DNA from: Adineta vaga
Taxonomy: Eukaryota; Animalia; Rotifera
Length of the DNA stretch: 64,000 bases
Assembly (NCBI GenBank): GCA_021613535.1
Contig: CP075496.1
Span: 6,944,001-7,008,000, forward strand
Reading direction: 5' to 3'
Shown here: in pieces, positions 40,830 to 53,100 of the stretch
How positions within the stretch are numbered: position 1 is the stretch's first letter
How the letters are laid out: every line of letters begins with the position of its first letter
The notes under the pieces: model-generated
Database searches by the model: none
What the model saw: only the letters and a program-made list of their open reading frames with translations
Told to the model about the DNA's origin: nothing
Made by a program: the position numbers and the translations under genes

Positions 40830-41426
40830 GTTGTATTCAGAAAGAAGTTGAACGAAATATATCTAAAATTTGAAAAACAGATCAAAGTATTCTCTTCTTT
40901 TTTTTCTAATTTAGATGTCTTGTTTTCATTTCATCAGTGATTCCTTGTAAACAATATGGCGATTCTTAAACCAATAGTATTTAACAAGAAAAGTATAGAG
41001 AGCGCTCTCTATATCTATTTACTTGTTTATTCCTTTACGTTTTTTCTTCGTTGATTTGTTTTTTTTCATCCATCTTTTACTTGAACTTGTGGCGATATCT
41101 ATCATTTAATATAGAAGAATAAGAAGAAGAAGAAGCAGAACTGCTTATCATTACAAAAGAATTTCCTTCGAAATCTGCTGTTTTTTCTATTTTTCTCTTA
41201 TTTGATTTCTTGTACAACTAGGGTATTTCTTCTGAATATTCTGATGACATTTGTCAGCTGGTTGTATATACGGCCATTTTTTTCTACAATGACAACTATT
41301 TCTCTTTTCTTTCGCCTACATCAGTTAAATGTATATATATATATGTGTGATTTTCTAGATTTTCTCATTTACAATTAATTCTGAATAGATCAATCATTCA
41401 ATGCTTTAATATTCAACTTCTATACC

Positions 41427-42183
41427 ATGTCAACAGCAAGTACCAGTCAACGACGTTTATTTAAAGATTTACAAAAGATTCGTTCAGAAGAACTACCAGG
41501 TTTGTTTTCTTTCTCATCAGATAGAGTGATTAAATATAAATTAATTCGTATGTTTTTTTTCTCTCCAGGTATTCATGCAATACCTGTCGATGATGATATG
41601 CGTGTTTGGAATGCTTTAATTGATGGACCAGTTGATACGTGCTTTGAAGATGGATTATTTACGTTAAGAATGGAATTTACTGGTATTTACAATGAAAATA
41701 TTTTCGATTTTCTTACGAATAAAAGTCGTTTTCTTTTCCTTAGACAATTATCCATTAACACCACCTATAGTTCGATTTACATGTAAAATGTTTCATCCAA
41801 ATGGTATGTGAACATTTATTTTCCCTCTAGTGATGTTTTTTTTTCCTAATTAAGAATTTCCTTCATATATTCTTTGTTTTTCAGTTTATGCTGATGGTAG
41901 CATATGTTTGGATATATTACAACGAAATTGGAGTCCAACTTATGATGTTTGTGCTATATTAACATCAATACGTTCATTATTAAATGATCCAAATCCAAAT
42001 TCACCAGCAAATAATGAAGCAGCGAAATTATTCGTTGAAAATCGTCGTCTATATGAAGCAAAAGTTCGCAAATTAGTAGAAGAATCAATCATGGCTGACC
42101 ATATTCATAATGATTTAAAGATTACGGATGATTCTATTGAATCCAATGATAAATCTCCAAGTGAAACAACATCTAATGAATGA
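41427..42183 (+). CDS. E2 ubiquitin-conjugating enzyme, RAD6/UBE2A-B-like (divergent)
   Basis: Four exons encode [14 protein letters not shown]...[59 protein letters not shown]. The catalytic Cys and HPN are intact. Confidence 0.93.
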
Positions 42184-42448
42184 ATCAATTTCTTTCATTG
42201 TATTTAACAGTCGTTTTCATTTTCTTCTTTTGTTTTTTTTGTTATTGAAATTTCTCTTTTTCATTCATTTATTAATAATGTATATACAAAATATATTCAT
42301 CTATTCTAGATGTAAAAAACATGTGAGCGTGCTAATTTAAGCACTGCACGCTCGTTGATTACAAAGATAAATTTGTTCTCTCTCTTTCTATTTTTTTTCT
42401 TTTATTATTCTAATCAACGAGATATTTTCCAAGAATTGAAAAACCAAA

Positions 42449-45400
42449 ATGCCGGCTCGTTCAACTTATAATCAACCTTTATCAACGTCATCAAATCATC
42501 AAATAATTAATAATAATAATTCAAATCAAATTCCTACAACAAATTCAAATACAGATATTACATCTTATATTGGAAAAGTGTTAACTATTAATCAACATCA
42601 AATCGTTGTTGAAGATATTTTAGGACAAGGAGGTTTTGCATTTGTATTTCTTGTTCGAGCATTTAATCAACAACGTTATGCATTAAAACGAATGTATGTT
42701 AATAATGAACGGGATTTAATTGTTTGTCAACGTGAAATTGCAATATTAAAAGAATTTTCTTCACATACAAACATCGTTAAATATATTGATTCATCGATAC
42801 AATGTTTAACACCACCATCACAATTGAATACACAAAGAAAACATAGAGCGGACGATGATGATAATGAAGATAATGAAGATGATGCTATTTATGAAATACT
42901 TTTACTAACGGATTATTGTTCAAATGGATCATTAACTGTAAGTTAGAGGATACAAAAATTTGATTTATATGAGGTGTAATATAGAGTATCGAGAAAACTG
43001 GAAGTTCCAGTTTTCAGTCTAATACTAACTTTAGATTTTGTATTCTCATGGGAAACTAGTGAAAAGTGTAACTAATAATCATATGACAAGATTTAATATG
43101 CACAGAGCTTTGTAACTACATCGAAGTCTATACATATCTATATCTATATCTATATCTATATATTTATATTTATATCGGTATTGCAACTATTAATTTTTCT
43201 AGACTCGTTTGAATGAACAACGTAATAATGGTGTATTATTAAATGAACGTCAAATTCTACGTATATTTGCCGATATATGCAATGCTGTATGTTCATGTCA
43301 TCACCGTCGTCCTCAACCAATATTACATCGTGATATTAAATTAGAAAATATTCTTATCGATCCGCATCAGTCGTTTGTTCTTTGTGATTTCGGTTCAGCT
43401 ATTATGCTTCCATCTTCAACACAAAATGATCATCAACAATATCAAGCGAATCAATTGACAACGACAATAATTCAACAATTGGAAGAAGAAATTCAACGTT
43501 ATACAACATTGTCGTATCGCGCACCGGAAATGATCGATCTGTATAGTCGATTGCCAATTACATTGAAAGCCGATATATGGGCAATGGGTTGTCTTCTCTA
43601 TAAACTTATGTATAATGTAATGCCATTTGGTGATAGTATCTTAGCAATACAAAATGGAACCTTTGTTATACCTGATGATATGGCACAAACTTATAGTCGA
43701 GAATTGAATTTATTAGTTCGATATATGTTAGAAATCGATATTAATAAACGACCAGACATTTGGCAGGTATGAAAAAAATGAACTCTAACTTTGTTCGTAA
43801 TGTTGACGAACTTAGATCCATTCATTCACCATTTTTCCTTTATTTAAAATTTTGTAAGAATTGCTCTGAAATTATCTAAACAGTATCATTTCTTCGCTCA
43901 TTTCCGTCTTAAAATACTAAATAATCTATAATTATAGTTACTGAAAAACAAAAAGAACTATTATTTGTTTCTATTTAAGGTCGCTTTCATAACATATAAA
44001 CTACTTGGCACGGAATGTCCAATTCGAAATCAATATCAATCAAAAATTCCGGATCTCAGTACTATACCAATGCCATTAACCGAAAGTGAATCACGTCATC
44101 AACGTACAATGGCTTTAGCAAATACAAAACCTACGTTAACGAGCAACTCTGATGAAACATCTATACTTGGTACAGCAGTAAATCCACGTGAACGTCCTCG
44201 TGGAATGATAGCCCCATCAAGTTCTTTCATTACTTTTAATCAATCAACTCAACGACCAACAACTGCTGCTGTTGTTCCAGCACCTCCTCCTCCTCCTCCC
44301 CCACCATCTAAACCTGTACCTCCACCTCGATCATCTCATCAACGATCTGGTTCAGCAGCTCAACTGATGTTCGATGATGATTTTTCGCAATTTTCCAATC
44401 ATACTTTTAGTTTAACCAATATTCCAAATATGGCAATCACAACACCAAAAGCAACAATATCCACACCTGATCGAAATGTTTCTCGTGCACGACCATCACC
44501 ACCAGCATCTCTATCTTCTGCATCAGGTCTGGCTTTTAAACAACAATTATTTCCTCCACCTCCAGCTACTTCAGCAAGTAATACACAATTAACAGGAATA
44601 TCTGTTGTTCATCATCAACATCGACGTAGTGCTTCACAAACGATAAGTCCAATCGATAATCAATCGACTGTTCAACAGACTTCTTCTGTTGAATCTACTG
44701 CATCATTCGATCGTCGACATTCAATAGATTCTTCTGCAAAACCATCATTATCACAGTCAGAAGTTTTATTCATAAACGAAACTTCTGATGATGATGATGA
44801 TGATGAAGATGAAGAAGCATTAACAACAAATTTAAATAAACTAAAAGTTTACAATCATTCAACAGAAAATGTCAAATCACGAGAAAGTCTTATTTTAAAT
44901 GAAGATGATCGTCTTTTTGCAAAAACATATACAATTAATTCGCAATTAAAATCCGATGATGAACAAACTTCATCCTCACTATCCGATGAAGATGAAATTA
45001 CGGATAAAACTAATAGGGTATGTTACTGAAAATATCTTTTGATTTACAATTATAATCATATTTGATCTTCTTTGTAGAAAAATAAGAAAAAAGCACAAGT
45101 ATCATTAACACCATTACGTTCAAGTCATCATCCATCAACAGACGAACAAGAAAAACATATTTCATCGCCAAGTACAACTAACAAAAATATTGTCAAACGT
45201 TTAATTGAACGTTGTTCCCTTCAACAACAATCTCAACAAGATGAACCTTCCGCATCATCAACTCCATACAAACGAAAAGATTCGTTTACACTTGCTAATG
45301 AACATCCAATTTCAATGAGTGGTTATTCAGAAACTAAACCACATTCAAATGATAATAATAATGACAATGATGATGACGACGACGACGACGACGACGATGA

Positions 45401-47281
45401 TGATGATGATGATGCTGATGAAACTCATGTTAAGAATCACGATGTCAATAATGCTGGTTTCGATCAATTAATAAACGAAGATTCGGATGATGATGCACCT
45501 TTACAAACAATGAATACCAGTAAAAATAATGTTGGTAGTAGTCTTTTTACGACATCTCGTCACAAAGAACAACAATATGAACATTTTCAAGATTCCGATG
45601 ATGATGATGCTGAAATAAATCATTCAAATACAAAAACATCATCTAGTAAGTTGACAACTAGACATTTAAGAGTAATTTATTGTCCATTTTATTTTCTCCG
45701 CACATTTTTATAGAAGATGTAACTTGGTTCTAAGATTGAAATTGAAAGTAAAGTCTCTCCATCATCTAATTATTTTCTTGATTCTCTTACACCTTTAGCT
45801 TTTATTTAATGAAAGCTCAAACTTATTTCTATTAAGAATTATAAATGTTAATAATTATTCTTTTCTTTTTATCCATATAGATCCAACAACAAAATTGTTT
45901 AATCTTTTCACTACAAATTCTAACAAAACAAATCCATCTAATGATACAAAACGTATATTAAATGAGCAGAATAATCAAACAAATTCATCTTTTATTGATA
46001 ACGATAATCCATTTCTTCAAGCACCGTTTCATTTTTCTCATCGTTCTCCTACACACAAACAAATCGCACAACTTCCGTCTTCATCTATCCATACTGATAC
46101 AAATTCTACATCTAATATTACTTCATTCGATCCAACTAGTATTGTCGTTGGAAAAAGACTTAGTGCATTTGCTCCATATCATAGACAAGAACTCAATTCT
46201 GGCAATAGTGGTAAATTCATCTTTTCGTTTTTCAATAATTAATCAATCAAAGTCAAGTTTGTTATGAAATGTAGAAGGAAACGATAAAGTTTTATCAGAA
46301 TTTAGAAAAGAAAAATCAAATAATTAATTAATTATTAAAAAAGTCTTTTATGAATTCTTGTCAATTCATTTTCTCGTTTTATTTCAATTGTATACATTGA
46401 GAATATTGAGTAGGAGGAAAATTCTATTCATAATTCAATATTCTGACTTGACTTTCATCTTCCGTACTCTTATAATCATAAAAGAGAACAAATATTTGAT
46501 GTTAAAATCATTGTAGACATAAATCTCTAATGTTAGTTATTTATTGAAGTAAGAAAAGATAGAGAACATATTATTATGTCAGCGAATGAAATTCGAAATA
46601 CGTCAAATCAGCAGTTGACATTCTATTTCTCTCTTCTTTTCTATTCTAGTCGTTGATCCATTATCATCATCCTTTACTTTTGGTGCATTAAAGCAAAAAA
46701 TTCCACATTCAGAATCCTATCCTCCGGGTATTAATACGAATACTACTAATCTTAACAATAACAACAACAATGATAGTAATTCAAATAATCAATCATCAAT
46801 ATCAAAAGATGTCTTTACCAATGCACCATTTAAAACTAAATCATTAGCAAAACAATCATCAGAACATCAATATTCAATGGCAACAAATAAAACTAATGCT
46901 ATATCCCCCGCATCGTCTCATTCAACATCATCTCCAAATTCTCAATTAATAGATTTTACTGCTCCAACACATCCAATCATTGAGTCAACAATCAAAGAGC
47001 AATCTCTATCATCACCTCTTCGTCGTCCGGTTGGTTCAGCTGGTTTAGCAAAAAATTTCAGTGCTTTTGGAACGATTAATACTGGCAATGATCGATATTC
47101 ATTTCATGCTGACCGTATAAATAATGATGGACAATCATCAAGTGATGAATTTACTTCATCATCATCATCACGAAAACGTTCCAATAAAAAGAAATCTTCC
47201 CTACCAACGGGAAATGATTCTCAGCAACATGGATATGCAAATCTCTCATTTAATGATGCTATTGTCGATGAATTACTATGA
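42449..47281 (+). CDS. Numb-associated kinase (AAK1/BMP2K family)
   Basis: Kinase motifs LGQGGFAFVFLV, YALKRMYVN, HRDIKLEN, LCDFGSA, EEEIQRYTTLSYRAPEMIDLYS and RPDIWQV. Also NPRERPR and a disordered tail with NPFLQAPF and DVFTNAPF. Confidence 0.95.
43131..43175. repeat. (TATATC/T)n microsatellite in kinase intron
   Basis: Sequence tacatatctatatctatatctatatctatatatttatatttatatc. Confidence 0.8.
45362..45420 (+). repeat. Coding (GAY)n trinucleotide repeat, poly-Asp
   Basis: gatgatgacgacgac...gatgat encodes a tract of about 15 Asp in the AAK1/BMP2K tail. Confidence 0.85.
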
Positions 47282-47660
47282 TTTGATTTAATGCTCCTTC
47301 TTTCCGGTGACTAATCAAACCTTTCACCTTCACGTCTTTTCTTCTTCTTTTTGTGAGCGTTCTGTCATTCCATATCCTTTCTTCACTGATTATTCCATAA
47401 ATGTCATTTTCTCTCTTTTTTTCTTGTTCATGCATATAATCATGTGTATAGAAACAAATCTTATCTCTTTCTTTTTTTCACATTTTTTCTTCATTTTCTG
47501 TACTCGATTCGATGATATATCTATTTATTCTTTTATGATCTCTACATTATGAAAAAAAAAATAAAAGACAAAACAAACTAACTCAATAATGCAATAAAAT
47601 ATAAACATTTTCTTTAATGAAAGAATTATCTTTTTTTTTAACTTTAGAAAGTTTATTTCA

Positions 47661-48581
47661 ATGAGAATCTATTTGAAACCAACAGTAATACTCATTATCT
47701 GTATCATATGTCTCCTTCTCTTTGGAGTTTATACATGGACTTGGTGGCAAAGACATGTATGAGATTATCATTTTCTTCTGATCTATATGACTCGATTTGA
47801 TTTGTGATCTTTAGAAATTACCTACGGTTCGTTTTACCTATCCAACACCAAAGACAAATTTCAATGATTTAGAACAAGCACTGCTTTTGGACAATCGAGT
47901 TCTATCGAAATGTCAACATTTTGCTCAGGGCAAACAATTACTTATTGTTGATAGTAAAGGTATAAATTTCTTTCAATATTGACATAGATTCTCGACAGTG
48001 TCAGTTAGAAACGAGAAAAAAAATTACCAATGAAACTTGAACACTTAACAAATCTATTAAATATTTAACATTCACCATGGAGAAACAAAGAAACATTTTA
48101 ACTTTCAGTTTTTCTTCTTCATTTACTAAAAAGCAACAGAAGTTATTTGATTAATATATTTAGGTTATCTTTGTGAACGTCGTCATCTTGAAAAAACAGA
48201 CGGTTGTTGTCAAACATCATCATCATCGATTCTTGGTCCATACGTCTGTGATAATTGTACATTAACAACTCATTGTTGTAATTCATTTGAACATTGTATA
48301 TCTTGTTGTCTCAAACCTGATCATGTATGATGACTTTTATTTCATTCAATCAAAGCTAATGTTTTTCTTTCTTCTTCTTTTCGTATATTTTTCAGCGTAT
48401 ATATCTTCAACATTACATTCATTCTCGTGATTTAAAAACCAAATTACTTCTTTCACATTTATCAACACCATTTGATGTATGTTTATCACGATGTCGTACG
48501 CATGGTCACAGTGTTAGACATGAGAATGAATATATTGATATAACATATAAATATTGTTTTACATCCAATATAAATTCATAA
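47661..48581 (+). CDS. SPRING1: SREBP-regulating gene protein (SPRING1/C12orf49 family)
   Basis: N-terminal signal-anchor followed by the Cys-rich domain CQHFAQGKQLLIVDSKGYLCER..GCC..CDNC..CCNSFEHCISCCLKP..FDVCLSRCRT..SVRHENEY..KYCF, over four exons. Confidence 0.92.
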
Positions 48582-48602
48582 TAATAGTAATAATAATAAA
48601 TA

Positions 48603-51600
48603 ATGATTGATTCGGAAAATACCAATGAGAAAGAAAAGGAAATAGAAAGAAATCCAAAATATCTATCTTTTCACGTACCATGGCTCGATTCAAGTCATCA
48701 ACAAACATGTTTGCCGGATAGTCCATGGCAAAAGGTAAAAGTGTTAGAAGTAATTTCTGCTTTTTTTCAATTGGAAATCATTTTTTTCATAGATTCTTGA
48801 TGATCTTGAACCAACATTAGCAAATCGAGTACGACAACAATTCAATAATCCACAACGTCGACAAATGCTAATTGAATTACTTGGTACACAATTTCAAGGG
48901 AAATTCTTCAAAACTGAACCAGATAATCCTTCTATATTAGTTCGTTAATTTAAATCATGTATATCGATGAAATTCTTTTCTAAAATTTCTAGAATTCACC
49001 AAATATGACCGAAGAAGAACGACGTAAACTTGAAAATGAAGCAAAATCATGGTTGCAAATACAAACTCTTAAAGTCGCAACAGAAATTGGTGCAGGTTCG
49101 ATCTCATTTTATACTTCATCTGATGAAATATCTTTCATAATTCTTTATTTTTATAGCAATGAAAGAAAACGATCAGTAAGTATGAAAGAAATAGAAATAA
49201 AATAATCGATTGTAATATAATAGAATGGGTCACGTATCTGATGATATGACGAAATTTCTTGAATATACAAATCAAATCGTATGGAAAGCACTTGAACGTT
49301 ATTTATATCAATATCAACAGAAAGAACTTCAAAAACAAGAAGAACAAAAAGTACAAGAAATGAATAAATATAAACATCAAAATGCATTAGCTGGTGGTTC
49401 AAAACTTCGATCTATTCTACGAGATTCACGAATGCATTCAAGAAAATTACCAATCATTCGTGGTTTGTCATTTTCTATTCGACTAAACAATAACTATTCT
49501 AAATTTGATTTATTTAGAATCATCAACGTCTCATCCAATGACATCACAATATAGTGATTTAATATCCAATTCAATAATAACATTACTTAAACAAGACTTA
49601 CGTCGTATAACATTTATTAAAGAGAAATTATTTGGTCAACAATTACCTATGGCACTTCGACAAATTAGTTGGACAGAATGTTTATTTCGATTCGAAAAGA
49701 AACCATTTGAATCTGATTTGGTTTGTTTGTTTTCTATGATTATCATTGAATTAATTGATTGTTTGTAGAATTTTGTTGAATTGAAAACCAGACGTGACTT
49801 TGCCAGTGGAATAACACGTGGAAAAAATGAACTTAAACTATCAAATCCATTGAATACACCCATAAAAAATCTGATCGAAAATGATGTTATTGAAGTAAGA
49901 TTATGTCTTCTCTATATACTTTTAATAATCATCAGTTTTCATCATTCGATTTCGTAATCTACTTGATGATATGATCTCTTTCTTCTTTGTTTAGACATAC
50001 AGCAAAACTCGTGCACTTCAATCATATCTTGAAGAATATCATTTACGATTTACTATAAAAATTCTAAATGTTCTTTATACTTATAAGAAATCTTATGAAC
50101 CATATTTCATACATTGGTTATTACCATTTCAATTGACTTATTTCGATGAAGCAAACAAAGGTATTTTGATGTATATTCATAACTTTTCAAAACGAAATTC
50201 AATGATTCGTTTAGATGAAGAAATTTATGTTATTGCTATGCATCTTGATTTATTTATTCGTCATTGTTTTCCAAAATGGTCAAATGTTTTTACAATTGCT
50301 AATAAAATTATTAGTACTATGTCAATTAATGATTCAGAATTCTATTATCATTTAAAAAAAATCTCAAAAATCAATGCAAAAGTCAATCCAAAGGTACTAT
50401 GATTGATTTCTATTCAATTTATTTTGAAAAATTCATATTTATCTAGGATTTTCCGATGGAAATTCTTTCGTTAGATGAAAAGCAAACGAGTAAGAAAAAC
50501 ATTTATGAACATGAGTTAATAACTGATCCAGTTATCTTTCTTCGAAAATGGATTTGTGAAGTAAATATTGAAACTAGATTATTCGAAGTAATTTTTCATA
50601 ACAATTTAGATGTTTGTTGGAATCCTTCATTCTAATAGTGTTCTCTATTTATGGGATCAATTTTTCATGATTAAATGGGAAATGATTTATATTGAATATG
50701 CATGTCGAGCAATAATATATCTATTACGTGATAATTTTATGTGTGCTGAGAATTATGAAGAAATGCGAAAGATTTTTCTCGATGAACCTTTTCAATTGTA
50801 TACATCGGATATTCAGACAGCTTTTGTTCATTTGGCTTTGAAACAAGATGATCCAAAATACATTCCAGCAATGAATCAACGTGCACGATCAATGAAACTT
50901 TTAAATAATATTCCGATCCTATCGAATAAACAAAAACTTTATCTAGAATCAATTGGTATTAAGGATATTTCATTGAATTTAATCACACTTGTGGTATGTT
51001 ATTTAGTTATGTTGAGCGATGATTGATAAGATTTTAATTAGACGAAAGATCCTCGAAAAGATCTTCAATATAAATCGATCATTGTTGAGATCGAAGCACA
51101 TGGTGGTGGAGAAAAACTTGGACATATTTCAACCAAATCGATTCCAATAATTCGTACGTAAACATGATTTTTGTATTTTCATTCATTTCAATATATTAAT
51201 TTCAGAAAAACGAGAACAATTGAAACCTGGTTGGGACAAACTCATAATTGAAATTTCGAATGAAAGATTGATTCTCTCAGTTAAACAAGCACGTCAATCA
51301 TCAATACCTATACGAATTCAAGCACTTATTACTATTCATCAACACATAGATGGTACACAAGATTTCTTTTTTTTTTTTTAAATAATCATTCACTTTCCTT
51401 TTCTTCATTAGTTAATACAGAACAAATTCTCGGTCATTGTCGTTTTCCATTATATATTCCACAAAAAATTGGTAATCTGGATACATGGGATGTTACATTT
51501 GGACCCGTACAACGTGCTTTACATTCTGGTCAATCTCCATCATCAATCGACATGATATCAGACATACCCAAAACATTCGTTTCCGGTATGTAAACGACCT

Positions 51601-52168
51601 TCGAAATAGTTTCAATTGCCTAGTTCTATCTGATAAATAGAAATGAAAAAATATAAGAGAATTCATATATGAAACTATGCTTTATTCTTGAATAGATCCT
51701 GAGTTGACAGAACAACAATAATATCAACAATAAAAACTGGCATAAAGACAAAAGATTTCTGATTGAATGTTTTGCTTTCTCACTAATCTAGATCTTTGTT
51801 AGTTTTGTTGATTTATACTTTACTAACAATTCTATGGATGTTTTATATGACTCTTTTCTATTTTGCTTGGTAGCTCTAATGAATCAATCTATTTAAAAAA
51901 GAAAACATATGCTCTACAAAAAGAATTCTTTTCCGTTCAATTAGTCTTATCTATAAAAGGGAAATAAAGTCTTCTGTATTTCATCACGCGCATAAAATAA
52001 TCTTTCCTCAATTTGATTTATGAGCTTTCAAATCAAATCATTATTGAGTATAAGAATATTTGATGTAAAAACATAACAGTTGTAGATTATTTTTCATTTA
52101 TAGATAAAATCGGTCCTGGTTCAACAATTTCACTTGTTATTTTCGATCCAAAATCTGAACAATATTAA
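48603..52168 (+). CDS. TBC (Rab-GAP-like) domain protein with probable C-terminal C2-like region
   Basis: Multi-exon ORF including a 19-nt microexon (49157-49175) needed for frame. LPMALRQISW, LIENDVIE and KWICEMFVGILHSNSVLYLWDQFF resemble TBC motifs; the beta-rich C-terminus contains ILGHCRFPLY. Confidence 0.7.
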
Positions 52169-52413
52169 ACTTTGTAAGTCCAATCTACATCGTCTTATTC
52201 TCAGTATTACAAAACTAATACTTCCTAGGAATAATATGTTTTCTTTTTCGCTACATTTTTATGTAAGATGCTGCTAATACTTGCTAAACAACGAATTTAA
52301 ATTAGTTTTCTACATATCTCATGATTAATTCTTGCTTCTTCTTTACCATATCGATAGAATATATCTTTAAATTTCTTTTAGAATTAAATTCGTCCATATT
52401 TTAATGATTCAAA

Positions 52414-53100
52414 ATGTCAAATATATCTTTACTTAAATTTTTGATTTTAATTCGACTTTTATTTTGGTATTTCACTTTATTAGTATGTGCATCAACACGT
52501 ACACTTTTTATTGTTCAAACATGGTCAAAATTGTTAACTTTTGTCATCATATTAAATCTAAGTGTTTCATTGATAAATCTTTTTGTGGAAAAGTCTCGTA
52601 AATATAATGAAAAATTCGAATATTTTCTAGTCATTTTCTTATCTTTACTAATCATTCTTACATTTATTGTTTACATATCTTATCTACATAATATTTATTA
52701 CTATATTATGAATCTATTAACTTTGAATATAATGCAAAATGATCGAAATCAAAGTTTATTATCGATTTCTTTGAACTATTATCAATGTTGTCGTATGCAA
52801 GAAGAAATTCTTTTCGATTCAGTGAATGAACGCGAATATTTTCTTGCCTTTTCTTATTGTGAGAAAACGATTGAAGAGAATGAAATGAAAAAAGATCAGT
52901 GGGATCATATCACAACATGTGGAACTATTTTTCGATCGATCATATTTTACACTCGATTGTTTTTTATATTTGATTTCTTATTCAATCTTTTTATTGTGTT
53001 TCAATATTTCAAACATATATGGACGAATATGAATGAATCTATTGAGAATAATCAACATGAGATGATAATCAATGAGAATTTTAATAATAAATTGAAATAG
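52414..53100 (+). CDS. Divergent tetraspanin-like four-TM protein (intronless)
   Basis: 228-aa ORF with three N-terminal hydrophobic segments, a large loop with YYQCCR..C..C, and a fourth TM, matching tetraspanin topology. Confidence 0.65.
   Translation: MSNISLLKFLILIRLLFWYFTLLVCASTRTLFIVQTWSKLLTFVIILNLSVSLINLFVEKSRKYNEKFEYFLVIFLSLLIILTFIVYISYLHNIYYYIMNLLTLNIMQNDRNQSLLSISLNYYQCCRMQEEILFDSVNEREYFLAFSYCEKTIEENEMKKDQWDHITTCGTIFRSIIFYTRLFFIFDFLFNLFIVFQYFKHIWTNMNESIENNQHEMIINENFNNKLK

Noticed and set aside
49090-49230. Apparent frameshift in the TBC-like gene
   Set aside because: Resolved by a 19-nt microexon (49157-49175) with canonical AG/GT sites.
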